A stretch of 64,000 nt of DNA from Bugula neritina (Eukaryota; Animalia; Bryozoa), in NCBI GenBank assembly GCA_964035545.1, contig CAXIUT010000205.1, positions 1-64,000 on the forward strand, written 5' to 3'. The notes beneath the pieces were generated by a model. It was not told the DNA's origin. It did no database searches and was given only the letters and a program-made list of their open reading frames with translations. Numbering within the stretch: position 1 is the stretch's first letter; every line of letters begins with the position of its first letter. Shown in pieces: positions 48,601-62,258 of the stretch. The translations under genes were made by a program, and so were the position numbers.

Positions 48601-48884
48601 ATAATATGTGAAACTGTAAACTTTTATTTTTTTTTCTCTCTTATTCTTAAATGTGTTTTTTTTACTTGCCTTTATTATATAATTATGTATGTGCTTTTTT
48701 TTACTATACTAGTAATCTTAAATATCAAGTAAGAGTCAGACTTTCTTGTTTTATATATAAAGAATGTTCTCCATCTCTTTTACTTAAAGAATATTACTCT
48801 ATTTATTTTTTAAAAAATAAATAGAACAATAGTTGTTCTTCGCAACTCTGTAGATGAATAATACTTCTTTCAAAAACAAAATAA

Positions 48885-50120
48885 GTGTTTCTTTTAAATG
48901 AATTCTTATTATTAAAAAATATTTTTAACAATTTAAGTAATTTAATGATTAGATATCCCTTATCGAAAAATATAGGTTACATGTGAAATTTTGGTTCTAT
49001 TTCTGGTGCCTTCTTAGCAATTCAAATAATAACAGGCATCTTTTTAGCAATGTTTTATATTCCAGATATAAATTTAGCTTTTTCTAGTGTAGATTACATA
49101 ATGCATAATGTAATGTACGGGTGGTTCGTAAGATTAATACATTTAAATTCAGCATCTTTTTTTTTCTTATTTATTTATATACACATGTTAAGAGGTTTGT
49201 ACTATAAATCGTATCAATTTCCAAGAACGAATACTTGAATAACAGGTGTAACAATATATGTCTTACTGATGGGTACGGCTTTTTTAGGATATGTTTTACC
49301 TTGAGGTCAAATGAGTTTTTGAGCAGCAACTGTTATAACAAATTTATTAACAGTTGCTCCTGTAATAGGAGATGATTTAGTATCTTTTATTTGGGGAGGT
49401 TTTTCAATAAATCGTAACACTTTAAATAGATTTTTTTGTTTACATTATTTATTACCTTTTATAATAAGTGCTATCGTAATGATACATATAGTAATGCTTC
49501 ATCAAACAGGATCGAATAATGAATTGAAATTGAAATTATCCAAGACTTATAACATAGTATTTACCCCTTTTTTTAGTGCGAAAGATTTATTTTCAGTATT
49601 TCTTATTTTAATAACATTTTTTTTTTTTATTTCAATAACACCAGAGTTATTAAATCATAATATTAATTATATACATGCTAATCCAATAGTAACACCAGTA
49701 CATATAGTACCTGAATGGTACTTTTTACCTTATTACGCTATTTTGAGGTCTATTTTACAAAAAGAAATAGGTATAATATATATGTTTTTGTCTATTTTTT
49801 TATTGTTTTTATTACCAATACTAGATTCTAAAACAAATAGATTAGTAGTACATTTTTCGATTTATAAAAAAATGTTTTGGTTTTTTTGTTTCAATTTTAT
49901 TTTTTTGGGATTCTTAGGCAGTCAAACAGTAGCTTTTCCATGTATTGAGCTAGGTTTATTATGTACATGACTTCACTTGTTCTACTTTCTTATTTTTATT
50001 CCTTTTTTAAATGTTTCTTATGAGAACATGCATACGTTTTTTAAAAACGATGAGTTTTTAAAAAACGATAAACGAAATTTATTAGAGTACTTCAGAGGAA
50101 TATATGTTTACTTGGTCTAA
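48885..50120 (+). CDS. cob: Apocytochrome b (probable GTG start; first ATG at 48945)
   Basis: 'WNFGS', 'GYVLPWGQMSFWAATVITN', '[17 protein letters not shown]'. Confidence 0.95.
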
Positions 50121-51750
50121 TTTGACTTTGTTTTTATTGATTCATGCTCTCTGAAAAGCTAGTACTCTAATAAATATAGTCTTTAAGGTCTTCTTCGGGA
50201 TGAGCGTATATTCTAAAATACGACTAGAATGTTTATATATATGAACGTTAGTATTAACGTTAGTATTAACGTTGCTAGATATTCTGGTTGGCGAGCCAGT
50301 AACACTTAAAAGAATAAGAGAATCTTTGTTTAATTGTTACAGAGAAATTATTATTTTTATAAGTCTGAATATATTTTTTTTTTGTATCTTTTTTTTTTGT
50401 ATATTTGAATTAGATCATATAGGTTTTAGGTGAGTTTGAAAATTAACTTTTCAAAGTTTTAACTTCTATATAGGTATCGATGGAATATCCTTAATGTTTA
50501 TTTTTTTAACGACTTTGATAACACCTTTGTGTTTGATATTTAGTTGGTATAATAACACAAATGTACTTAACCATAGGTTTTATTTTTTAAATATATTGTT
50601 GCTAGAAATTTTAATTTTGGCAGTGTTTCTTGTTTTAGATATCGTAGCATTCTATATATTATTTGAATTGATATTAATACCTTTTTATGTATTGGTAACG
50701 TTATATAATTTTAAGAATTATAAGAGTGTTAGCTCCTCGAATAGGAAGATGCATGCGTTCTATTTATTATTATTTTACACCTTATTTGCCTCTTTAGTTA
50801 TGTTTACGGCAATACTGTTACTGTATATAAATACAGGAACCACTAACCTTCTATTGTTGTGGTACTGTAATATGCCTTTGTTCTTAGAAAAGTTTTTATG
50901 ATGGTGCTTTTTTTTGTCTTTTAGTGTGAAGGTACCTATCATGCCTTTTCATTTATGACTACCTGAAGCACATGTCGAATCTCCTACAGAGTGTTCCGTG
51001 TTATTGGCGGCATTACTATTAAAGGTTGGAGCATACGGCTTTCTAAGAGTCTTAATTACTATTTTTCCAAATGCAACAGTGTCTTATAATATATTTGTGA
51101 TAGTTTTTTGTACCGTCTCAAGTCTCTATACTTCCATGTGTGCAATGGTTCAAATTGATATTAAACGTATTATCGCATATGCTTCAATAGCACATATGAA
51201 TATCTGCATCTTGGGTATAATGACTTTTGAAGTAGAGTCCATTCTTGGAAGTGTTGTACTGTTATTTGGACATGGTTTGGTTTCAGCAGGTCTATTTTTC
51301 TCAATAGGAATGTTATATATAAGGTATCATACCAAAAATCTAAAAATGTTTAGTGGTATGGTTTTTCAAATGCCCTACCTATCTTTTTTATTTTTTTTTT
51401 TTATAATTAGTAACTTTTCTTTTCCTGGAACAGTTAATTTTGTAGGTGAGTTTCTGATACTATTTAGCTTTTTTAAAGAGGAATTAAGTTTTTTCTATCT
51501 TGTTTTTTTCATATGTATTATAATTACAACTACTTATAGTCTTGTGTTATATAATAAACTCTTTTTTGGTTTGCCACAAAAGTTTAGTTTAAATAAACCT
51601 AAGAAAGATTTACTTAAATATGAGCAGTTCATATTATTTTCTTTACTAGGTCTGATTATATTTTTTGGAATAGAGCCATCGTTTTTTTTTAATCATATAA
51701 CATCCGATTTAAAAAGATTGTTCTTTATATTGTTTACATCGGGTCTCTAA
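50104..51750 (+). CDS. nad4: NADH dehydrogenase subunit 4 (start 50104 or 50200)
   Basis: 'GIDGISL', 'KVPIMPFHLWLPEAHVESPT', 'DIKRIIAYASIAHM'. Confidence 0.93.
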
Positions 51751-51932
51751 GTTTTGACATCCTAATATACATCTAAAAGTTCTCAGGTTTGACCACTTTA
51801 TGGGATACCTGCGGTATCTATCCTTTTTATATATGTTGTTAACTTCTCGTGTAGCGTGGTTACCGTGGTTACCTTAAAATCTATATAAGCATTCCCTCTT
51901 CCCTCTAATCTATATAGCCCTCCCCCTATAAT

Positions 51933-53603
51933 ATGCTAGGACGTAATGATCTGTTTATTGGAAAAATCACAAATTTGATGGATAATATAATTATCGGTAG
52001 TACCACTGTTTCTCCCTATACAGGGGAGAAAGTTATCTTCTATAACAATGTATCTAGGTATGTTGAATGTGAAGCCTGTGTGTTCGAAATACACAATGGA
52101 CGTATAAAGATGTTACTTACGAAAGGTAAGCAAGAGAACCTGTTCGTTGGTTATAGTATCTTTAGAACTAATCAAACGATGACATTGTCTTTAGATTGAA
52201 ATATCTTAGGTACAATCATAACACCTTTTGGAAAAAAATTAAACTCTATTAATATAGACCTTGATGAGCATTTAAGTCTAAATTCCAATTTTTTTTCTTT
52301 CGAATACAAAGAAATCCATGCAGAATCGCCTGATATCATTAGTAGAAAACTAGTAAGTAAACCGCTATTAACAGGTCTAAATGTAGTTGATTGCTTGATA
52401 CCTGTGGGTTTTGGACAAAGACAGCTGATAATAGGTGATAATAATACGGGTAAGAGTTCGTTAGCAATAACAGTAATTCTTAATCAAAATCAATTTAACA
52501 AAGACTATTCGTCTTTTTTAAAAAAAAAAATATTTATTCCTTTTTTTAAACCTTGTATATATGTGTCTATTGGGCAGAAACGTTCTGAGGTAGCGAGGCT
52601 TCAAGCCGTGTTACGTAATAATGATAGTAGTTGATATACTTGTATATTGTTTACTAGTTCGGATGACTTACCAGTTATTCAATATTATGCACCTTATTCT
52701 GGATGTACTATAGGAGAATGGTTTATGTATAAAGGATATGATTGTCTACTTGTATTTGATGACCTATCACAACATTCTGTGGCTTATAGGCAAATGACCT
52801 TATTATTACGTAGACCACCTGGTAGAGAAGCTTTCCCAGGAGACGTTTTTTTCTTACATTCACGTTTGTTAGAAAGGTCAGCTCAATTAGCGGATTATAA
52901 AGGAGAAGGTTCTTTAACATCTTTACCTATTATTGAAACTTTATGTGGTGACGTATCTTCTTATATACCTACTAATGTAATTTCTATTACAGATGGACAA
53001 CTTTTTCTTTCCAAAAATTTATTTAATAGAGGGGTAATACCTGCTGTTAATTTAGGATTGTCAGTAAGTAGAGTGGGTTCGTCTGCACAATATAGCTCCA
53101 TGATAACAGTCTCAAAAACCATAAAAGCGCATTTATCATTATATAATCAATTTAAAGATGCGGAGTTATTAGGTAGCAGTTCGAATCACTTAGTAGGTAA
53201 ATATATAAAGAGAGGGCAGCGTCTAACTTTATTTTTTACGCAACCACTGTATGGTACACAAAGGTTTTTTAAACAGATAGTATACTTATATTGTTTGGGG
53301 GAGGGTTTTGCGGATGACCTAGATGTTAGACTAACGAAATTTTTTTTAGCTTCACTGTTTAATAGGGAATATAATTCTTATATAGATTTAAAGGGAACCT
53401 ATATCTCATTTTTTTTGAATGATTTACACTTTGAGAATTATTTAAAGTCTTTTGGTTTAAATAAGCATCTCAAAACGTTACTATCTGACTGGTTATTATG
53501 CTTTAAAACCTTTTTTTCAAACATGGTCTTGCCTATGGTTAAAGCTTTTGAAAATCAAACTTATATCTGATCTTTAATATCAGATTATCAAGACTCTTTT
53601 TAG
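51933..53603 (+). CDS. atp1: ATP synthase F1 alpha subunit
   Basis: 'GQRQLIIGDNNTGKS', 'LLLRRPPGREAFPGDVFFLHSRLLER', 'PTNVISITDGQ'. Confidence 0.96.
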
Positions 53604-54008
53604 ATGTTTTTTTTTAATATTTATTTTGTTATTCTTTTTATAGAATATTTTATAATTTTAAATAATTCTAAAAGTATTATTTTTTTTTATATATTTTTTT
53701 TAATAATCTATTTTTTTTCTAAAATGTTCTATTATTATAAGAGCACGAACTTTTTAAATACAAAAAGGACCTTCTCTAGCTCTAATACTTACATACATTT
53801 AAGCACCTCTTATTTCTTTTATATCCAACTTAAAGCAGCCTCTTTATATCTTTTGTATAAAATAATAACGTTTTCTTTTTATAATTTTTATTTGAAAGTA
53901 AAACAAGTAATTAAATTAAATCTAAATTACTTTCTTATAAGTATTTCAAACCTAAAAAGACGGTTACTGTTGTATAAAAATGTATGTGTCGGACACATAC
54001 ATTTTTAA
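53604..54008 (+). CDS. Possible ATP synthase subunit b (atp4-like), 134 aa
   Basis: Hydrophobic N-terminus and abuts atp1; similarity is weak. Confidence 0.4.
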   Translation: MFFFNIYFVILFIEYFIILNNSKSIIFFYIFFLIIYFFSKMFYYYKSTNFLNTKRTFSSSNTYIHLSTSYFFYIQLKAASLYLLYKIITFSFYNFYLKVKQVIKLNLNYFLISISNLKRRLLLYKNVCVGHIHF

Positions 54009-54054
54009 TTTTAAAATCTTCTAATCTTTTTAGAAGATTTTTTTACGTCTAAAT

Positions 54055-54753
54055 ATGTTAGCTAAAAAAAATACTTTTTTTAAGTATAAGAGTCTTTTAT
54101 CTTTCTCTAGTTTTAATAATAACAGCATAAACAGTTATGTTTGAAATATACGTCGGACAGTAGCGTTCTTGTTCTTCTTTTTATATAAAAAAAGCTACTT
54201 TTTAAAAATATATTTCAAATATAACTTTCTGATATATTGTATTATATTAAAAAGTAAATTCGCTGGCCATTATTGTAATAATATTTCTGTTATTAAAGAT
54301 CTTTACATTAATAAATATTGCTTTTTTATAAACAAGTTGTATTTCGATACAATTTTTAATCTAAAAAGAACTTCAACCATATTTTTTCTAATGTCCTCAA
54401 GAGTGTCTCTCTTTCTTAGTAACGTTACGTATCTAAGAAAATATAATTATTTTTATAATTTATTTAATTACTATAATAATAATATATTTCTTACAATGGT
54501 TTGATTATATAATCTTAAACTGTCTACTTTTTTTAATATAAATATTAGTAGTTTACCTCATAAGTTAAAGAAGTTTATAGTTTTAAAATCACCTCATACA
54601 GACAAGAAATCTAGGGAGAAATTTAATATAAAAAGGATTAAAAAAACCTTATTTTACCCTTCGATATTCAATACTACATCTAATTTTTTATTTGTTAATT
54701 TTATTAATGAAAATCTATTAATAAAAAATTTAAATAATAACAAAGTATTTTAA
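54055..54753 (+). CDS. rps10: Ribosomal protein S10 (N-terminally extended)
   Basis: 'LPHKLKKFIVLKSPHTDKKSREKF' reached after TGA read-through. Confidence 0.88.
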
Positions 54754-54755
54754 TT

Positions 54756-55070
54756 ATGTATTTAAGAAAGGTAGGTCTCATAAAGAATTATTATAATAAG
54801 TTATTTATGGATAATGTTTATCCATATCCAAAATCGCGTAATGGTTTATATTTGAAAAAAAAAAAATTAATTCATAGAACGTTTCAAGTGATGTACCCTA
54901 TTTTTAATAAAAACACATCTTTTTTTTCTTTATATTGCAGTCTAATAACACATAAAAACACTAAAATAAAAAATAATTTAAATCAATCTATTCTTTTCGA
55001 AAGTTATATTTCAAATAATAAATTGTTTTTAAATGTACCATTATCTTCTCTTTTTATATTGGTTAAATAA
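54756..55070 (+). CDS. Hypothetical 104-aa basic protein, possibly L19-like
   Basis: ATG-TAA ORF; faint resemblance to the L19 C-terminal pattern. Confidence 0.45.
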   Translation: MYLRKVGLIKNYYNKLFMDNVYPYPKSRNGLYLKKKKLIHRTFQVMYPIFNKNTSFFSLYCSLITHKNTKIKNNLNQSILFESYISNNKLFLNVPLSSLFILVK

Positions 55071-55080
55071 AACACCAAAA

Positions 55081-55371
55081 ATGCCACATATTGATATATT
55101 TTTATTAGTTAGTCAATCCATATATATATGATATTTATTCATATTTTATTTTTTCTATACAAAAGTAGCATGTTTTTTATATACTTTTTCATCGTTTGAA
55201 TTACTTTTTTTTCTAAAAGGTTTTTTTTTCAGTAAAATAAAAACTTTCATATACATGTCTAGTTGGATGTGCAACAAAACTATTTTAATAACCATTTTTC
55301 TTACCCTTATGAAGGAGTACTCTTTCTTATTAGGTGTTCTTTTTTTTTCTAAAAATACTTTTCAAATATAA
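55081..55371 (+). CDS. atp8: ATP synthase subunit 8
   Basis: Starts 'MPHID' (cf. MPQLD) followed by a TM helix; absent from the ORF track; TAATG overlap with cox2. Confidence 0.8.
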
Positions 55372-56450
55372 TGCTTCTAATGAGTCTGATTATTGCTATG
55401 TTTTTTTTGTCATGGTCTTTTAAAGACTATATATTAAATGTATTTAATTCTAATATATCCTTCGTAAAACCATTAAATTCTAGTCTATCTGAAATATTAG
55501 AAAATAGTAGTTCCGCTTCTTACATGAAGGTATCTCTAAGTACCTTTTTAAATGTTTCAGATGTTTATGATGATTACCAACCATACTTATTTGGTTTACC
55601 ATTACCTGCTTCAGAAACGATGAATAGTTTAGTTGATTTATATACAGAAGTATATACTTTGATCGTATGCGTTTTTGTTGTTGTGTTCTTTCTTTTTGTT
55701 GAGACTATTGTGAAGTATATGCATAAGCAGTTTGATCCGGCCACTAACCGCTATTTCTATATTTACCCTATACCTTTTTCAAATGAAGAAGAACATTTTA
55801 TAGACACTTTAGTTATAATTATACCAACATGAATAGTATTACATATATTAGCACCTTCATTAGGTTATTTATATAATGAAGAAGTTAAGTTTTATGACGT
55901 ATGTCTATCATTTGATGTGAATGTTATTGGATGTCAATGATACTGAACATATGAATATGTTATAGAGATATTTACGAATGTGTGTTATTCTGAATGAAAT
56001 CCGTACGTGAGAGACGACTCTCACTCTCACTGTACTCAATTTATTTTTTCTTTTGACTCTATTATAAATCTTGAAGACCCTGAAAAAAGACTCCTTTCTG
56101 TGTATGAGCCTTTAGTTTTACCTGTAAATACTAACATATTATTATCTTTTACATCTAGAGATGTAATACACTCTTGAGCATTACCTCAAATGGGTATTAA
56201 AGTGGATTGCGTACCTGGCAGAATTACACATGCTATATTTTGTAGTTACTCTATGGGAGTTTTCTATGGTCAGTGTTCCGAACTGTGTGGGGTGTTTCAC
56301 GGCTTCATGCCTATATGTGTTGAAGTTGTAACATTTGATCACTTTTTTATATGAGCAGTAAACACTTATTTAATATCGTTGTTTGAACATAGTAGTACTG
56401 AAGTAGTAGGTTTTTTTTTTGAAAAAATAAAACAATTCTTGAAAAGGTAA
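55371..56450 (+). CDS. cox2: Cytochrome c oxidase subunit 2 (N-terminal extension)
   Basis: 'QWYWTYEY', 'DVIHSW', CuA motif 'GQCSELCGVFHGFMPI'. Confidence 0.96.
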
Positions 56451-56544
56451 GTAATTAATTAATAGATATGTCTATTAGTGCTCTAAACAAGAAAAATAAT
56501 AATTAATTTCTTGTAAGAGGTTACTTTTATTAAAATTATATCCG

Positions 56545-56623
56545 AGCGGTATCGTTTAAAAATTGGCAGAGCGAGCGTTAGGTTAATAATCTGAAAGTAT
56601 GAGTTCGATTCTCATTGCCGCTA
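56545..56623 (+). pseudogene. Diverged duplicate of trnM(CAU) with anticodon AAU
   Basis: 3' half identical to that of 44055-44126; D region carries insertions; loop TTAATAA. Confidence 0.7.
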
Positions 56624-56752
56624 AATTAGTCTAACTTTGGTTAGTTAGTATTATAAATAAGAATCTATTTGTGGTGTGTTTATTTTTACTATATGTCGTT
56701 TTTTTTTTTTTACTTTTTACTGGTTTAATGTTTATTTACTTAATATATAGAG

Positions 56753-57550
56753 ATGTATAATTTCACAAATTACACGGTCTTATTTTTATCAGAAATAAAA
56801 ATAAGACTTTTTTATATTTTTATGGACCTTTTTATTACTTTTTTTTTTCTAATCTGTAATTTTAATAATTTTATATTATTTTTACTACAACCATTAGAAA
56901 CATTTAATTTAGATTTAAATTATAATAATGTGAGTTGTTTGTTATATAACTTTTTAAATTTAAATTATGATGACTTTATAGACTCTGATAACCTATTGTT
57001 TTTTAAATATAATAATTCATTTGATTTGTATACCTCTTTAGAAATAAATATATCTAATACAAATTGTTTATATTTAAAACTAATATTTTTTTTTGTAGTA
57101 ATAATAATATTACCTATAATTACATATCAAATATACTTATTTATTCTACCTAGTTTATATAAACATGAATTAAAGACAAAAGCTTTTTTATTCTTTTTTT
57201 ATTATTATATATTTTTTGTTCTAAAGTTTAATTATTTGTTTTCTACTATTCTGAACTTTAACTATAATAATTATCAAGAATTTCAAAATTATGAATTTGA
57301 TATTGAATTTATCTTTTATGATTATTTTATATTATATTTGAAAACGTTTTTTTTATTTTTATTAAACGTATATCTTTTATTTTGATATATAAATTATTTT
57401 ATTAATAAGAAGCTTTTTCATGTTTTTTATGTTTTCGTAAATATAATATTTTATACTAATTTATTTATATTTATATTGTTTTATATAAGCCTGTTTATAT
57501 TTGATTATAAAAAGCATATAGGTTTATATGAACACATAATAAAAACGTAA
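56753..57550 (+). CDS. tatC: Twin-arginine translocase subunit C
   Basis: 'FLSEIKIRLFY' and 'PIITYQIYLFILPSLYKHE'. Confidence 0.85.
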
Positions 57551-57610
57551 CATAAGTTTAAGGTATCACTGTGATATAGACTTTGACAAATAACTTAACA
57601 AAACTAATAA

Positions 57611-60001
57611 ATGTATATAAGAAACCCCTATATAACCAAATTTAAAGAAATACATTATGAAATACCAAATTTAATTTACTTTTACAATATCAGAGGTGAT
57701 AGGAAACAAAGTTTCTTTTATCTAACTGATTTCCTTATTAAATTATCATATAAATATTGTTTTAAAATGTTATGTATCCTGCTATTAAAACGTTTTTTAT
57801 TTATGTCTTTTTTTAAATATACTTTAAATTGAAATAGGTACAATTTAAAAACATTAGATATTTCAAGTGTTAAAAACTTATTTGAAAAAAAAACCTTAAT
57901 AAGAAAAAATGTTGTTACATTGTTACAGTTTAAAATAAAAAATTTATTTTCTTTTATATTTAATTATTCTTATTTTTTAAATATATATACATATAAACTA
58001 AAAAAATATTTGAAAACATTATCGATAAAGGATGTTTTCAAATATTTTTTTATTTATAATAAGTGTAAATTAAGTATATATAAATTAATAAACAAGAATA
58101 GTAAATCTATTTTTATTAGTACAATACAAATGTATTTTTTAAATAGAAAGGAATACACTTTTGATGTTTTACTTTCTATTAAAAGTAAAGAAAAAACGAG
58201 TTTAAATAGTTACAATACTATATTGTTTTTATTATTAGTGATTAAGAACATAAAAAAACAAGTTTTTTTAAAAGAACACTTGTTGGTTTTTAAAAAAGAA
58301 AAAAAACACATATTGTCTTCTTTTTTAAAAAGAGAACCTTTTTCAAAGAATCAATATTTATTTAAGAATAAAACTGTACACTTACTATCAGATAATACGA
58401 AGTTTTTATCTAATAATACCTCGGTAACTGCTACTAAGCAGGTGCGTTTTATACTTAGCTTTTTAAAAAAGTACCATTTCTTAAAAAATTATTTATCGTT
58501 TAAATCATGAAACTGATTTAATTACTTATCATTTAATAAATTAAAATTAAAAATGAGACTGTTTTTTTTTATTAATAGTTTCCAAAGTACAGTCAATAAA
58601 AGACTAAGATTATTTTTTTTAAAAATAAAAAACAAGTTTTTTAATTTTTTAAATAGGTGAGCGAACACGAACCCAAAAATAATGCCTTTTCATAGACGGG
58701 CGAAGCTGTTTGCACATTTTAAAGGTTTTATAAGACATTTAAAACACCTATATGTTTCGAGATTAAATAATAATACTGGAAAAAAAAAACCTTCTTTAAA
58801 TAGGTATCATACTTTGTTTAACACCCATTTAAAATTCAAGTTTCTATCTATTTTAGGTAAAAGAAAATTATTAAAAGAATTAACTTTTCTCCATACAAGA
58901 AAAAAAATTTTAAAAATGTTCTTGAAAATCTATTATAATATTAATTATAATACTTTTTTCTACTTTATAAGAAACTTAAAGTATAAGCTTAATATAACAA
59001 AGATAAAAGACTTTGTGTTTTTTTTGGAATATAAATCAAATATCTTTTTAAAAAAGTACTTTTTTTTAAATCTTAACGAGATAGAGAAGTTATACCAGAA
59101 TAATTTTTTTAAAAAAAAACATTTGTCTAATTGCTTATTAAATATAGGTGATATAATTTATCTAAATAGGCATAGAACTAATTTAAATTATAAAAAGTTT
59201 ATGTTATTTTTAAATTTTATTTTTTTTGTAGATCCTTTTAGATTAAAAAAAAAAAAACACATTTTAAATTCGTTATATAATTTTGTATATAACTCTTTGT
59301 CTTTTAATAAACTAAAAAAACATAATGTCTTTAAATCTACTAAAGCTCTTAATTTAAATACTATTAATAATTGATATGTTAATCTTTTTTCTAAGATATT
59401 ACTTTTTAATAAAAAAGAAGCGCCTTACACTTTTTATAAAAGTGTAATTTGATTTTACAATCAAAATTATGAAATTAACAAAATAAATTCTATATCTACT
59501 AGTAGGACCAATCATTTATATTTGAAATATTTGTTACCTCTTTTTTCAAGAACAAACTCTTATATACGATACAATCTTATTTCTTTTTGTAAAAAAGCAA
59601 ATTTCAGTAACATATATAGCCCCACTGGTGAGGTAAAAACATATATACTAAATAATAAATACTGAAAATTTAAAGACTGATTGATTAAGAATAAAAAAAA
59701 TGTAGTAAAACACCTTTTAGTGAATAATCATAAAAAAAGTGTTTTTTCTAATTGACGTAGGTATAATAATCATTTTTATAGATGATCTAAATATAGTTAT
59801 TATGTGAATAGACGTAATACATTAAAAAATATTTTTTTTTCTAAAAAAAGATCTGTGTCTAAAAACTATATTATAAATAACAAATTAAGTCCTTATATAA
59901 AAGATACAACTTTTTTACCATTAAATTATTATAAATTAAATCTATTAAAACACATCAATTTTTTTAATAATAAAAAAAGTAAATTGAAATCCATAATATA
60001 A
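57611..60001 (+). CDS. rps4: Expanded rps4-like protein (796 aa), complete copy across the circle junction
   Basis: Single frame from ATG 57611 to TAA 60001 under code 4 with an internal S4-like segment. Confidence 0.6.
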
Positions 60002-60005
60002 TTTG

Positions 60006-60932
60006 ATGTTTTTATATAGTACCACACATTTTTTTATAAAAAAACATTGTTTTTTTATATATAAAAACGCCACACTTATTAGACACAAGCGTCTTTTTAA
60101 GGGGGTTAGGTCGTTAATAAGACAGTTATTGGTACATTTGTTTGATTTGTATAAAAAAACTTTAAATAATTACAATGTTTATTTGAATACAATAAATTTA
60201 AAAAACAAATCTAACCATAGTTATAATAACACTATTATAAAATTATTTTTGTATAGTTATTCTTTAATGTCTAATTTGAATGTCTTCAAAAAAGCTTTAA
60301 ATAATTATGTCTTCTCTTTTTTTAGTATTTATTTAAATTTAAAGAATGTAGTATTTTTAAATAAAAAAACTTATTTATATAAGTTGTACATTTTTGTTTT
60401 TTTATATTATTTCTTTAGTGATTTAAAAGATACAAACTTTTTCGTATTAAACAAATTATATCTGTGTTTTAATTACTATTCTATAATAAATAGTTTTCAT
60501 GACTCTTTAATAAAATGTTACTCCACTAATCTGAAGGTAGACTCATTGAACACTGATTCTATATTTAATAATAGTAACAATAAAATGTTTTATTTTTACC
60601 TGTTTAAAGTGCTTCGTTTTAAACATTTCAATTTTAATACGCCTTCGAGAACAACTGCTTCTTTTTATATATCATATAAATCCTCTTATTTAAATATATT
60701 TATTATGAGACATTTTTATAGTAATTATAGGTCTTTTATGACACATTTTAAATATTTTTTATATGGATATAAAAAATATTTTTATACTTCTATGTATCTG
60801 TACTCCTCATGACGGTTTTTTTTTAGATACAGTTATGCTCGTTACTTAAATAGTCTAAATATAACAGCAAGATTAGATACAACAAAATCAAAAAAGTTAA
60901 AAAACGTTTTAAAACTGAAGTTTGTATTTTAA
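60006..60932 (+). CDS. Hypothetical protein (copy of 1889-2815)
   Basis: Wrap-around copy. Confidence 0.55.
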
Positions 60933-60937
60933 AATAA

Positions 60938-61339
60938 ATGAATAACATAAAAAAACCTTTTTTTAATAAAAGCATTAATATAAAAAATAGAGTGTTTTTC
61001 AACGATAATAGTTACTATGTTATTGCAGGAGATACTTGTTTTTTGTCTAAAAAATGTATAGACTCTTGTCTTAGAATAATACGTTTTTATATTAGAAGAG
61101 CCACAACAAAAAAGAATAAAAAAGTTATTACTTGTTTACAATTAAATATACCTGTTACCAAAAAAAGTAAAAAGACCAGAATGGGTGCAGGTAAAGGTAA
61201 AGTCAAAAAATTACTTTCTAAAGTGTACATGAATAGTATAATGTTTATTTTTAAAAACGTAAAACCTTTTATAATGTATAAAGTCTTTAAGTATTTAAAA
61301 TACCATATGCCTATAAAGATATTAATATATAAAACATAG
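60938..61339 (+). CDS. rpl16: Ribosomal protein L16 (wrap-around copy)
   Basis: Same as 2821-3222. Confidence 0.9.
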   Translation: MNNIKKPFFNKSINIKNRVFFNDNSYYVIAGDTCFLSKKCIDSCLRIIRFYIRRATTKKNKKVITCLQLNIPVTKKSKKTRMGAGKGKVKKLLSKVYMNSIMFIFKNVKPFIMYKVFKYLKYHMPIKILIYKT

Positions 61340-61341
61340 AG

Positions 61342-61710
61342 ATGGTTTTAGTAGGTACACAATTACTTGTTTCAGATAATTCGGGGGCTATTTCAGTAAA
61401 CTGTATAAAAATATTAGGTTCTAGTTTCTGTAATCACACTTATGTGGGTGATAAGTTAATAGTTTCAGTAAGAACTACATTTACAAGAGCGAAAACCTTA
61501 CTACGTAATGTTTATAAGAGTGTTTTAATTAGACAAAAAACTTATACATATAGAAAAAGTGGTTTACGTATATGTTTTTCTTCAAACAGTGTTGTTCTTA
61601 TAAAAATACGTAATGAACCAATAGGTACTCGAGTAGTCGGATGTACTTTACAGGAATTAAGGTATAAAAAGTTTTTAAAGATAATGTTACTTTCTTGGAA
61701 AACCATATAG
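61342..61710 (+). CDS. rpl14: Ribosomal protein L14 (wrap-around copy)
   Basis: Same as 3225-3593. Confidence 0.93.
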   Translation: MVLVGTQLLVSDNSGAISVNCIKILGSSFCNHTYVGDKLIVSVRTTFTRAKTLLRNVYKSVLIRQKTYTYRKSGLRICFSSNSVVLIKIRNEPIGTRVVGCTLQELRYKKFLKIMLLSWKTI

Positions 61711-61718
61711 CTTGTGAT

Positions 61719-62255
61719 ATGTTATTTTATAAAGATTACAATAGTTTTATTTATTTTTTAAATATAAAAGAGAAAGTACATTTTTTTTACAATAGGTTTA
61801 AGCAATGAACGAGCATAATACAACTTTTAATACACCGTATTAAAATAAAATATACTATATTGCCTTCTATAGATAACAATATTATCTTTTCTAACAATAA
61901 ATTATTTTTTAATAATTTATTTTTTAATACGTTTTTTAATAACAATAAAAATACTAAATATAATACATATTTTTTAAATATAAAAATAACATTGCTATTT
62001 AATAACCATTACTATACATTAATTAATATTATGAATAATACGTTTTATAAAAAAATATATATGGAAAAAACAAGATCACATATTAATTTCTTAAAACAAA
62101 TTACAATTCATAATAATAATATATATAAAGTCTTTAATAATGTGTTTTTACAATTAAAAAAAATTAAACCTATGTGTTATATATACTTCTTTTTTAATAC
62201 AAACAATTATTTTTTTAATAAATTAATACTAAGTCATTTGTTTATAAACATTTAA
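61719..62255 (+). CDS. Probable L5 (wrap-around copy)
   Basis: Same as 3602-4138. Confidence 0.45.
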
Positions 62256-62258
62256 GAT

